The position numbers and the translations under genes were made by a program. The notes under the pieces were generated by a model. It did not search any database. It was given only the letters and a program-made list of their open reading frames with translations, and was not told the DNA's origin. 64,000 nt of DNA, taken from positions 6,823 through 70,822 of the forward strand of contig JBBEBM010000057.1 in the NCBI GenBank assembly GCA_040882355.1, read 5' to 3'. The DNA is from Dehalococcoidia bacterium. Its GTDB lineage: Bacteria > Chloroflexota > Dehalococcoidia > DSTF01 > RBG-16-68-14. Below, piece after piece: positions 35,091 to 44,149 of this stretch (position 1 is the stretch's first letter; each line of letters opens with the position of its first letter).

Positions 35091-35369
35091 GCCGCCGCGC
35101 GTAAGACGCATGATCCCACGCGCTAACGAGATGACGGCGATCCCCGTGCCAAACACCACGACCACGAACACGAGCAACAGCGCCCGGAACGCCACCATCA
35201 GCATGCCGCCCAGGAAGACAAGCGGCCCGAATGGCAGGCGCGGCAGCGCCGCGAATGCGATACCCGCCGCTCCGGCGATCATGCGGGCCTCGCTCCCCAC
35301 CATCTGCGCGAAGTCGCCCAGATTGACCGCGCTCAGGAACTGCGGTATGCCGAGTCTTCGCTGCTCCAT
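35082..35369 (-). CDS. Small integral membrane protein
   Basis: 95 aa with 2-3 hydrophobic helices. Confidence 0.5.
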   Translation of the reverse strand: MEQRRLGIPQFLSAVNLGDFAQMVGSEARMIAGAAGIAFAALPRLPFGPLVFLGGMLMVAFRALLLVFVVVVFGTGIAVISLARGIMRLTRGGSH

Positions 35370-35571
35370 GTCTCGCCTCCTTGCCTCGCCTATGGACGAG
35401 CCTAGCGCAGCCGGGCGGCGCCCTCAAGCGCGGCCGTTGCGCCTTCGCCCGGCACTCGCTACTCTGGCTGCGATAGCAGGGGAGTAGCCCCCGACCCCCT
35501 GGGGTCGGGCCACGGGCCGTCAGCACGTCCGCGCCACGCGGACCGGTCCCCGGGACGAACGACGTCCGGCA

Positions 35572-35608
35572 AGACCTGCGGCAGATGAGCCGCGGGTCTT
35601 TCTGTTTT
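35572..35608 (+). terminator. Intrinsic terminator-like hairpin inside a divergent intergenic region
   Basis: AGACCTGCGG-CAGATGAG-CCGCGGGTCT: a 10-bp stem with one G-U pair, followed by TTCTGTTTT. Lies 32 nt upstream of the ATG at 35640. Confidence 0.6.
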
Positions 35609-35639
35609 GCCCGCGGCGCCAAGGACCGGAGGAGGGGAC

Positions 35640-35897
35640 ATGCGCTGCCCACTGTGTGACGTATCGATGAAGGAAATTGACCGGCGGGGTGTCGAGGTCG
35701 ACATTTGCCCCGAGTGCAAGGGCGTCTGGCTGGACCGGGGCGAGCTGGACAAGTTGCTGGCGGCCGCGCCCCAGTACGAGCGCGAGTACGCGGGGAGGCG
35801 CGACCGCGACCGGCGTCGCGATGATGACGACGGCGACGACGATGAAGGCGGCGGTCTGGGCGGCCTGCTTTCTAATCTCTTCAACCTCGGCGACTGA
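35640..35897 (+). CDS. TFIIB-type zinc-ribbon protein with acidic/Gly tail
   Basis: The ATG at 35640 follows a GGAGGAGGGG SD. MRCPLCDVSMKEIDRRGVEVDICPECKGVWLDRGELDKL. Confidence 0.75.
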   Translation: MRCPLCDVSMKEIDRRGVEVDICPECKGVWLDRGELDKLLAAAPQYEREYAGRRDRDRRRDDDDGDDDEGGGLGGLLSNLFNLGD

Positions 35898-35898
35898 G

Positions 35899-38619
35899 CT
35901 AGCGGTACGGCCGCAGCACGAGCCGCGCCGGGACGCCCGACGTGTCGGTGACGCCGACGGTCCCGCCCGCGAACGGCCCGCGCGTCATGCGAAAGCGGAC
36001 CTCGATGGCATGGTCGCCGGCAGCGAGCGGCAGCAGGTAGACGTACTGTGTGTAGCTGCCATCGGGCGCGGGGTTGACAAGGCCCTGCACGACACGTCCG
36101 TCGACCGTGAGCTGCACGTCGCTGCCGGGCGAGTCGACCTTCACGACGTACCGGGCCGGCGTCGAGACGCGCCAGAGCGCCGACCAGGTGTCGTCCCAGA
36201 GCACCCAGCCGCCTTCCGGCGGCGGCAGGCGGAGCAGCGCGCGGGCCGCCGTCTCGTGCGCGACGTGAGGCTCGAAGTCGAAGCGAGCGACGGTCTTCGT
36301 CGGGCCGGTGGCATCGCCGAAGCTGCGCGTGTGCAACCAGCCGTTCACGTCCGGCAGCGCGAAGAAGTCGTTGCGAGTGAGCGGCAGCGGCGGCCCGCCG
36401 TCGGACGCGACCCAGCGAAGGCGCGCGCCTTCGCCGGCCCGCTGGAGCGTCGCCTCGACGACGTGCCAGCCTTCGGCGAGCGACATCGCCGTGGTGGTAA
36501 ACGACAGCGCGAACGACGCGGATGTCCTCTGCCCGTCGATTCGCACCTCGCCCTCCGTGCCGGAAAGCGCCAGCGCCCAACCCTCCTCCGCCTGTGCGGG
36601 CACGCGGACGAGCGCCCGAAGCTCCACAGCGCCTGCCGGGGGCCTTTCGAAGGTCATGTTCGTGGGATCGACCACTTCGGTGACGGCCTGGCCGGCTGCG
36701 TCGGTGTAGCTCGCGGTGACGCCTCGACGTTCATCCAGGTCCTCCGGCGCCAGCTCGTAGCCGGCGATGTCGAACGCCCCGGCCGGGCCGTGCAGCTCGT
36801 AGTCCGGCGCGCCCAAGCCTGGCATCGCCCGCGCGAGCGATGCGCTCCAGCGGACGACGTTCTGCGGCGTGCCGGTCAGCACGATCGTCGCCGGGCGCTC
36901 CGAGGTGGCCGGCGGCGGCCAGACCTCCTCGCCGGAGGGCGAAAGGGTGCCCTCCAGGCCGCGGCAGACGAAGTAGTGGTTCTGCCACGCCACCCGCTGC
37001 TCCGTCTCGGTGACCAGGGGTAGCGCGAAGCCGTTGCCCTGCTGCGACCACTGCGCCGCGTACGCGAAGTCGTCGTCAGGGCGGCCGCGCAGATAGTGGC
37101 AGGCCGCGTACGTCTCCGAGTCCGGGATCGAGTACGCCGCAAGCACGCCGGGGTCGGTGGCGTTCGCGCGCTGGATGAAGACGTTCGTTGTGAAGACAAA
37201 GCAGACCGCCGCGATCAGCCCGAAGACGAGCACCGGCAGCACCGCCGAGCCTCGACGTTGCACGAGCGTCCATGCGTCGTCGGCGAGCAGGCCGATCAGC
37301 ACGATGCCCGGCACCAGGAACGGCACCAGCTTCCACGCGCCGAAGTTCTGCACCAGCAGCGGCAGCGCGACCGACGCGCCAACAAACCAGGCCAGGAACA
37401 GCAGCCGCCACGGCCGCCAGAAGCCCAGCGCGGCGACCCCCACCGAGAGCAGCAGCAGCACGCTCGTGCCCCGGTCGATCACGCCGCGCGCGTCGATCGA
37501 CCCGGTGAGGGGGAACGTGGGTCCGACGAACGGCGTGTAGATCTCGCCCACCCAGCGGAGCTGCTTCTCCCACTGCGGCGAGAGGTAGCGATCGAGGCCC
37601 GTCGCCTCGCGGCCCTGCTGCTGGCGCTTGAGCGACGCGGCGTAGATGTGCTCGCCGTGATGACGGCGAGCCATCATCGGCGTGATCGCGATGCCGATCG
37701 CCAGTACGAAGACGATCGCGGGTAACCACGCGCGTCTGGCGATCGCCCAGGCCCGCTCGCCCAGGGCGCGGGGCGCGGCCGGCGGCCAGACGAGCGCCCA
37801 CAGCAGCGCCATCGCGACGAACAGCGCGGCTGCGAGAGGCACCGCCTTGAACGACTCGTATTCGTACGAGAGCGCCGCTGCCAGGACGCCGACGAGCATC
37901 CACCAGAGAGGATTCGCTGTCTTCAGCCCGCGCACCAGCGCGAGGGCGAAGACCACGGATGCGAAGATGCCCGGCTGAAAGTGCACGCTGGTATCGGCCA
38001 GCGTGTGCACTGAGCCGAAGATCGCAGTCGTGAAGAGCGCGACGGGCGGCCGCACCAGCTCGCGCATGAGGAGGTAGAACGGTACAAGGGACGCAATGCC
38101 GAGGATGACGAAGGGCAAACGCAGACCATTCGTGTCGTCCCCGAACGCCCAGATGCCGAAGACCGTCGAGTAGCGCACGAGGGGGTAGCTGAGCGGGCGC
38201 GCGCCGCCTTCGATCGCCGAGGCCACGCCCGCGTTGATCCCTTCCTCGCAGCAGAGGAGGTTTGACGGCGGCAGCGTCCCGTAACGCCAGACGCGCACGA
38301 AGACGCCCATGGCGACGACGCCGGCCAGCAACGCCATCTCCAGGGGGTGCGCGCGCGCGTAGGCGAGGGCGCGGCCCGGCCAGCTCAGCACATCGAGCAG
38401 CGAGCGATTGGCCGCGCCCGTGAAGAGCAAGAGGAACGAGAGCGCATACCAGGGCAGCACATCGTCGAAGGCGTGCTGATCGCCGTAGTAGACACGGTAC
38501 GCGTGATAGCCGGTGAACGCCGCTCCCGCGAGCAGCGCGCCCCGTCCGAGCCAGAGTAAGACGTCGGGCGCGCTCAGGTGGCCGGCAGACCAGAGGCGGC
38601 TGAGCCGTTCGATAAGCAC
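35899..38619 (-). CDS. Large GT-C (ArnT/PMT-like) membrane glycosyltransferase with two C-terminal PA14-like modules
   Basis: 906 aa. The N-terminal ~480 aa are polytopic (about 12 TM) with a CCEEGINAG loop-1 acidic motif. C-terminal segments include EVRIDGQRTS...LAEGWHVVEATLQRAGEGARLRW and DVQLTVDGRVV...LAAGDHAIEVRF. Confidence 0.65.
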   Translation of the reverse strand: MLIERLSRLWSAGHLSAPDVLLWLGRGALLAGAAFTGYHAYRVYYGDQHAFDDVLPWYALSFLLLFTGAANRSLLDVLSWPGRALAYARAHPLEMALLAGVVAMGVFVRVWRYGTLPPSNLLCCEEGINAGVASAIEGGARPLSYPLVRYSTVFGIWAFGDDTNGLRLPFVILGIASLVPFYLLMRELVRPPVALFTTAIFGSVHTLADTSVHFQPGIFASVVFALALVRGLKTANPLWWMLVGVLAAALSYEYESFKAVPLAAALFVAMALLWALVWPPAAPRALGERAWAIARRAWLPAIVFVLAIGIAITPMMARRHHGEHIYAASLKRQQQGREATGLDRYLSPQWEKQLRWVGEIYTPFVGPTFPLTGSIDARGVIDRGTSVLLLLSVGVAALGFWRPWRLLFLAWFVGASVALPLLVQNFGAWKLVPFLVPGIVLIGLLADDAWTLVQRRGSAVLPVLVFGLIAAVCFVFTTNVFIQRANATDPGVLAAYSIPDSETYAACHYLRGRPDDDFAYAAQWSQQGNGFALPLVTETEQRVAWQNHYFVCRGLEGTLSPSGEEVWPPPATSERPATIVLTGTPQNVVRWSASLARAMPGLGAPDYELHGPAGAFDIAGYELAPEDLDERRGVTASYTDAAGQAVTEVVDPTNMTFERPPAGAVELRALVRVPAQAEEGWALALSGTEGEVRIDGQRTSASFALSFTTTAMSLAEGWHVVEATLQRAGEGARLRWVASDGGPPLPLTRNDFFALPDVNGWLHTRSFGDATGPTKTVARFDFEPHVAHETAARALLRLPPPEGGWVLWDDTWSALWRVSTPARYVVKVDSPGSDVQLTVDGRVVQGLVNPAPDGSYTQYVYLLPLAAGDHAIEVRFRMTRGPFAGGTVGVTDTSGVPARLVLRPYR

Positions 38620-38760
38620 TCGCCCTTCCGGCGCCCGCCTGAACGCGGGCTAGCCTGCGATGCGGGGCACGCCTCGGCCCTCCGCTCGCATCGATTGTAG
38701 GCCCTGCGGGGTTCTAGCGCCGCATCGAAGGGGATCAACGGCCGTCAGGTCGTCGAACGA

Positions 38761-40218
38761 TCAGCCCCGATGTGGGAGGCGGGCCGTGAGCACGAGCTGG
38801 CCGTCGCGCAGTTCCGCGTCGAGCTTGCCGCCGTGCAGCTCGACGAGCTCGCGGGCGATGGGCAGGCCGAGGCCGGAGCCAGCGCCGTTTCGCTCCGCCC
38901 GCGCCCGGTCGTGCCGGTAGAAGCGCTCGAAGAGGCGCGGCAGCTCTTCGGGCGTGAGGTCAGGCGCCGTGTTCGCGACTTCGATGCAGGCGTCGCCCGT
39001 TGCGCCGCTTTCGCTGAAGGCGCGGACGCGCAGCTCACCGTTCGCGGGTGTGTACTTGCGGGCGTTGTCCAGCAGGTTCTCGATGGCGCGCTCCAGCTTC
39101 GGACCGTCCGCGCTCACGGCGACCTCGCCGTCGAGATCGACGTCGAGGCGCACGCCGCGTTCGCGCACGTCAGGCTCGATGCGCTCGACGGCGCTCTGCA
39201 CCAGCTTGCGCAGGTCGATCTCGTCGCGCTGGAGCAGCGTCTGGCCCGCCTCAATCTCGGAGAGCAGCAGCAGGTCGTTGAGGCGCGTGGTCAGCCGCGC
39301 CGCTTCGTCGTGGATCACCTCGCCCATGCGCCGTGACTCGGCATCGTCTGCGCCGGCGCCGTCGCGGAGCGCCTGCGAGAAGCCCAGGATCGACGTCAGC
39401 GGCGTCTTCAGGTCGTGCGAGACGTTGGCGACGAGCGAGCGCATCTGCGTGTGGGCATCGCCCACGCGGCGCGCCATGCTGGTAAACGCCTGCGCCAGCC
39501 GGCCCACCTCGTCCCGCCGGTCGACGGAGACGGCGACATCGTAGTCGCCCTGCGCGATTCGCTGGGAGGCGATCGTGAGCTGGCGGAGCGGGCCGGAGAT
39601 GTACTGCGAGACGAGGATGCCGAGCACGACGGCCACCGGCATCGCGATCGCGGCGGCGACGAAGAGCCCTGGCAGCAGCCCCTGCCACGCACGGCGAATC
39701 GTCGATTCGGGCACGGCAAGCACCAACCAGTAATCGTCCTGAAGCCGGGGAAACGGCTCAGAACTGGGAAGCGTTGCGACCATCACCAGGTCGCTGCCCG
39801 GCGTCCCGTCCTCCGGCCCCCAGGAGATGTAGGCTCTTCCGCGGAGGTCACGCCCGGAGAGCTTGGCCTGTTCGGGCACGACGAATGTCTCGTCGGTCAG
39901 GTCACCCTGGGTGTCGGTCACTACCGAGAGGTCCGTCAGGTTGACGAGGAGAATACGCACGTCGTACTGCGTTGCGGCGGCCTCCGCGTACTCCACGAGT
40001 GTCTCTTCCGCTTCGCCACGGACCTGGTACCCGGTGAAGCCCGCGTAGATAGAGGGCGAGTTTGCTATGACGTGGTCGAGCGCCTGCTGTTCCTGCTCGC
40101 CACGCCGGATGGCGACGAAGACCGCGCCCGCCAGCACCACTGCCACCAGCACGACGACAACGAAGGTCGCGATGAGCTTGGTCTGGAGGCTGAAGAGGAT
40201 GCTCCCCGGTGTCTTCAC
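38761..40218 (-). CDS. Sensor histidine kinase (HAMP-HisKA-HATPase)
   Basis: H-box VSHDLKTPLTSI, N-box LDNARKYTP, G-box GAGSGLGLPIAREL. Two TM segments flank a periplasmic domain. Confidence 0.92.
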   Translation of the reverse strand: MKTPGSILFSLQTKLIATFVVVVLVAVVLAGAVFVAIRRGEQEQQALDHVIANSPSIYAGFTGYQVRGEAEETLVEYAEAAATQYDVRILLVNLTDLSVVTDTQGDLTDETFVVPEQAKLSGRDLRGRAYISWGPEDGTPGSDLVMVATLPSSEPFPRLQDDYWLVLAVPESTIRRAWQGLLPGLFVAAAIAMPVAVVLGILVSQYISGPLRQLTIASQRIAQGDYDVAVSVDRRDEVGRLAQAFTSMARRVGDAHTQMRSLVANVSHDLKTPLTSILGFSQALRDGAGADDAESRRMGEVIHDEAARLTTRLNDLLLLSEIEAGQTLLQRDEIDLRKLVQSAVERIEPDVRERGVRLDVDLDGEVAVSADGPKLERAIENLLDNARKYTPANGELRVRAFSESGATGDACIEVANTAPDLTPEELPRLFERFYRHDRARAERNGAGSGLGLPIARELVELHGGKLDAELRDGQLVLTARLPHRG

Positions 40219-40925
40219 GCCTTGTCCTCAACCACCAAGCGATACCCGGTGCCCCAGACTGTCTCGATGCGTAGCGACCGGCCCTTGAGCTTGTCGCGCA
40301 GCCGCGCCACGTGGACGTCGACGGTGCGGATCGCGTAGAAGGACGTGCCCCAGACGAGATCGAGGAGCTGCTCGCGGTCGAGCGCGACGTTCGGAAAACG
40401 CGCGAAGGTCACGAGCAGGTCGAACTCCTTGGGAGTGAGGGCTACTTCCTTGCCCGCGACCGAGGCCGTGCGCTGGCTCAGGTCCAGCTCGAGACCGTCC
40501 ACGCTCACCTTCTCCCCGACCGCCACCTCCGAAGAGCCGTTGCGGGCGCGGCGGAGCACCGCCTCGACGCGCGCGACCAGCTCGTCCGGGTTGAACGGCT
40601 TCGTCACGTAGTCGTCAGCGCCGATGCGCAGGCCGGCGATCTTGTCGATATCCGACGTGCGGGCCGTGAGCAGGATGATCGGAATGTCGCCTTTGCGGCT
40701 GAGCGCGCGGCAGACCTGCAGCCCGTCCGGCCCCGGCATCATGATGTCGAGGACGAGCAGGCTGGGCTTCAGCTCGCGGGCCTTGCGCAGCGCCTCGTTC
40801 CCATCCAGCGCGGCCTCCACATCGTAGCCGGCGCGTTTCAGGTAGAGGGAGACGAGCTCAACGATGTGCTCGTCGTCATCCGCCACCAGGATCAACGGCG
40901 TCTCTTCAGACATGTCTCTCACCAA
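40215..40925 (-). CDS. OmpR-family response regulator
   Basis: Receiver domain (LVADDDEH...LDIMMPGPDG) plus a winged-helix output (VWGTGYRL). Overlaps the kinase start by 4 nt. An alternative ATG lies at 40913. Confidence 0.93.
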   Translation of the reverse strand: MVRDMSEETPLILVADDDEHIVELVSLYLKRAGYDVEAALDGNEALRKARELKPSLLVLDIMMPGPDGLQVCRALSRKGDIPIILLTARTSDIDKIAGLRIGADDYVTKPFNPDELVARVEAVLRRARNGSSEVAVGEKVSVDGLELDLSQRTASVAGKEVALTPKEFDLLVTFARFPNVALDREQLLDLVWGTSFYAIRTVDVHVARLRDKLKGRSLRIETVWGTGYRLVVEDKA

Positions 40926-40979
40926 CTAGCCTATCAGCGTTTCGACGCGGGGCAAGTTCGTCCGCGAGCCTCGACGCCA

Positions 40980-42263
40980 TCAGTCGTCTGTGTCCGGGGC
41001 GAGGTACGCGATCCGGTCGCCGGAGAACTCGGCGATGTAGAGCGTGCCATCCGGCCCCATAGTAATGTCGACAGAGCCTTCCATGTCCGCGGCCACCTCC
41101 TCACGTTCGTCCACTGCGTCGCCGTCCCGCGAGAGGACGATCCGGGTCACCACGTCTGTGGACCACGAGACAACGAAGAGGTCCCCCTCGAAGTCGCCAT
41201 CATGGGCGTCCGAGGTGTACTCGACCAGCCCGTCCGCGGAGATTGGCAGCAGCGTGAGAGGGGCGGTCCAGTCCTGGCCGCTCTCCTCCTCGGGAGAATG
41301 GAAGATGCACTGGCGCGGGTCCAGGCGGGCGCGGTTGCGGTTCGGGTGGCCGTAGTAGGCGCCCTCCACGATCAGGTTCAGCTCGTCCAGGGTCCAGGGG
41401 GAGACGCCCTGGGTGGCACAGCCGGTGGACGCCGGCCCGGTCTCGTCCGGGTTCGGGCCGTTGTCCGTTCCATAGATCTGTCCGTTGCTGTGGACGACGA
41501 TGTCGTACGGGTTGCGCATCCCGAAGGCGAAGACGTGCACGTCACCCCCCGCCTGGTTGACGGTGTCGCCGGCCACGCCCGGCGGATCGTAGGTTACGCG
41601 GCCGTCGAACCCTCGAGCGTTGACATCCGCAACCAGCGTCGCGCCGGAGAGCGGCGTCTCTGCGCGGAAGCCCGCCGCAGCGACGCCGGCATTCGTCGTG
41701 CTGCCCTGCTGGATGTAGAGGAGCCCGTCCTCGTCGAACGCCAGGCCGTTCGTGCCGTGGATGATGGTCGACGAAGGCAAGCCGGTGATGATGTCCTCGC
41801 GCTCGGTAAAGCCCTCGCCGGTGAGGCGCGTCACCTTCCCCATGTACGGATCTTCCAACGGTCCGCCGTTCATCTTCGTGCTCGAGACGTACAGGGTGAC
41901 AGGGTCCTCGTCATCGACCGGATTGAAGGCGATGCCAAGCACGTTCTCGAAGGCATCTTGCGTGGCTACGACCTCCACATCCGTTACCTCCCGGCCTTCG
42001 CCGTCCAGCGTGAGAGCGAAGATGGCGCCGTCCACCTGCGCCACGTACAGCCGCCCGTCAGGCCCGACTGCAACCGATGTTGGATCGGGCACCGTGAACC
42101 CGCCGAGGACGCCGCGGATGAAGTCCGGTGATTGGGAGTCGCCGGCTACCCCTGAGACTCTTGCAGACTCGTCTCCACCGTTCCAGACGACGGTGATACC
42201 GACGACAATGCCGACGATCATGACGCTGGCCAGGACAACACCCAGCCCGATACGGATAACCAT
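40980..42263 (-). CDS. Membrane-anchored PQQ-dependent sugar (glucose/sorbosone) dehydrogenase-like beta-propeller
   Basis: N-terminal TM helix. Motifs GPDGRLYVAQ, HGTNGLAFDEDGLLYIQQG, FGMRNPYDI, GPDGTLYIAEF. Confidence 0.7.
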   Translation of the reverse strand: MVIRIGLGVVLASVMIVGIVVGITVVWNGGDESARVSGVAGDSQSPDFIRGVLGGFTVPDPTSVAVGPDGRLYVAQVDGAIFALTLDGEGREVTDVEVVATQDAFENVLGIAFNPVDDEDPVTLYVSSTKMNGGPLEDPYMGKVTRLTGEGFTEREDIITGLPSSTIIHGTNGLAFDEDGLLYIQQGSTTNAGVAAAGFRAETPLSGATLVADVNARGFDGRVTYDPPGVAGDTVNQAGGDVHVFAFGMRNPYDIVVHSNGQIYGTDNGPNPDETGPASTGCATQGVSPWTLDELNLIVEGAYYGHPNRNRARLDPRQCIFHSPEEESGQDWTAPLTLLPISADGLVEYTSDAHDGDFEGDLFVVSWSTDVVTRIVLSRDGDAVDEREEVAADMEGSVDITMGPDGTLYIAEFSGDRIAYLAPDTDD

Positions 42264-42277
42264 GCTTCGCTGCCTCC

Positions 42278-42574
42278 CTAACCTCCTGACATGCGCACGA
42301 TCCGCCCGTCGCTCATCTCGAGGATCGCATTGGCATTGGCGGCGATGTCCGCGTCGTGCGTCGCGATCAGTACTGTCCGGTCCTCGCTCCGCAAGCCGAC
42401 CAAAAGTCCGATGATGCGCCTGCCTGTCTTCGAGTCCAGGTTAGCAGTTGGCTCGTCTGCGAGCACGATAGGGGGGCCGCCGACTGAAGCCTCGCTGCCG
42501 CATCGTGCATGCTCTCCGTCATGTCCCTGTCTCCCATGATGCGAGGTGGAGGAGACCCGGCGGGCCTCCTTCAC
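42278..42574 (-). pseudogene. C-terminal remnant of a MacB/LolD-type ABC ATPase
   Basis: Only the Walker B to H-loop to end region is present (PPIVLADEPTANLDSKTGRRII...VLIATHDADIAANA...EMSDGRIV). No Walker A, Q-loop or signature motif. Confidence 0.7.
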
Positions 42575-42600
42575 CCTTCACCCCGTAGCGGGGAGTACTG

Positions 42601-43401
42601 CTAGAAGGTCAACCCGCTGGTGTCCGTCTCCGTCTCGTCTCCAGCACCATCGTCACCAGGACCGAACCGCCCGGGCCCGAAGTGGCGGCCGGGATGGTCC
42701 GGTAGCCCCTCGCGGTCGACCAGGTCGTTGATGCGCTCCCCGGCGTTCGCAAGCATCTCGTCCGCCTGCGCCTGCGTGATCCGCTCGTTCGCAACGGCCT
42801 CGTTCGCGCGCTCCGTCGCCTGTTCCAGGAGGAAGGCGACCAGCGCATCGCGGCTGCTGCCGTTCGCCTCGGCGATCTGAGCGAGGCTCTGTTCGTTCTG
42901 CAGGCCGTCGATTACGACCTGGCGGTCGACGCCCAAGAACTCGGCGATCTCTTCCAGGTTGGCGCCCACCATGAAGCCGTGCCGGAAGCCGCCGGGGCCC
43001 CCGTGGTGGCCGGGAAAGAACGGGAAGAGGCCTTCGCCGGACTCGATACGCTCCCGGATGTTCGCAGCCTCGTCTTCCGTGATGCGGCCGTCGGCGACGG
43101 CCTGGTCGAGCAGGTCGAGGCCGGTCTGCTGGAGCGCCGCGTCGAGCTCTTCGCGGCTGACGCCCAGGTTGCCGGCCAGCGAGTCCAGGTAGTTGTCCTT
43201 CAGCTCTGTCTTGTCGGTGTCTGCGTCCTCAGCATCGTCGGCCGGCGCCCCGTTGGCGTCGTCGCTGGGGGTGGCTTCGTCTTCCGCCGTCGGCGAAGGC
43301 GTCGTGTCCTCACCGCTCTGGGCAGCGACGATCCCAACCGCCGTGCCCGCGAGCACCAGGCCGGTGATGGTCACTACGATGAATTTCCACAGGTCGTGCA
43401 T
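42601..43401 (-). CDS. Membrane-anchored acidic helical-repeat protein, unknown function
   Basis: N-terminal TM helix, an acidic linker, and repeated LGVSREELDAAL-type helices. Confidence 0.6.
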   Translation of the reverse strand: MHDLWKFIVVTITGLVLAGTAVGIVAAQSGEDTTPSPTAEDEATPSDDANGAPADDAEDADTDKTELKDNYLDSLAGNLGVSREELDAALQQTGLDLLDQAVADGRITEDEAANIRERIESGEGLFPFFPGHHGGPGGFRHGFMVGANLEEIAEFLGVDRQVVIDGLQNEQSLAQIAEANGSSRDALVAFLLEQATERANEAVANERITQAQADEMLANAGERINDLVDREGLPDHPGRHFGPGRFGPGDDGAGDETETDTSGLTF

Positions 43402-43564
43402 TGCTTCCTACCTCCGTTGGCGTTCGTTTTCTACTCTGAGTCTACGCCCGGAGCCGCCGGAAGTCGTTTCCGAAGTGTAACGGCTCCGGTGGAGAGGGAC
43501 GGGCCCGGAGATAGGGCTGGAGGCAGGAAGCTCGAAGCTGGAGGGCCTCGTCAGCTCATTTGCG

Positions 43565-44041
43565 TCAGCCGACGGAGTCGCCGGGGTCTGACCAGACTTC
43601 GAGGGCCTCGAACAAAGAGCGCTCGTCGAAGGGCTGGAGGAGGCCAGAGCGGGTAGCGAAGATGTGGTCGAGGAGGGCGGCGACGGCTCGGCGCTGGTCG
43701 GGCGTACAGCGCGCCCAGCGGGCATTGTGGGCGCCGTCGTAGGCGAAGTGGAAGAAGAGCTGCGGCCCGTACCAGCCCCACTGCGGGTGCTCCGGCGCCA
43801 GGGCGAGGCGGGCGAGCGCCGGAAGATAGTAAGCGAAGCCCTCTGGTGTTATGAAGCAGACCGGGTCCCAGCCGGGCGAGCCCACGTCATCGTGGTCCAG
43901 CGTCTCGACGTCCCTGGAGAGAAGGGTAGCGTCGTGCTCGGCGCACTCGCAGCAGTGGACGCGGTCCGTGAAGTGCTCCGGGCGCGGGCAGCCGGCAAAC
44001 GCCGCTGCTATCGAATCGAGGATCTCGGTGTCCGTGGCCAT
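43565..44041 (-). CDS. Hypothetical Cys-motif protein
   Basis: 158 aa. GCPRPEHFTDRVHCCECAEHD motif. No confident family assignment. Confidence 0.55.
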   Translation of the reverse strand: MATDTEILDSIAAAFAGCPRPEHFTDRVHCCECAEHDATLLSRDVETLDHDDVGSPGWDPVCFITPEGFAYYLPALARLALAPEHPQWGWYGPQLFFHFAYDGAHNARWARCTPDQRRAVAALLDHIFATRSGLLQPFDERSLFEALEVWSDPGDSVG

Positions 44042-44149
44042 GCTACTCTCATCTTCGGCATCTGCTGCTTAGAGCGAACGCTGCTGTGCCAGCGGGTTCT
44101 CCCTCCACGTATAATCGATCTGTGATCTCCAAATGGAAAGGGCCGACGC

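Noticed and set aside
35370-35610. Possible SRP (4.5S) RNA, because of GCAGAUGA and GUCCGG strings followed by a terminator
   Set aside because: The universally conserved domain IV pattern (GGUCCGGAAGGAAGCAGCC with a GGAA tetraloop) is absent. Only short fragments match. Kept as an unclassified structured region instead.
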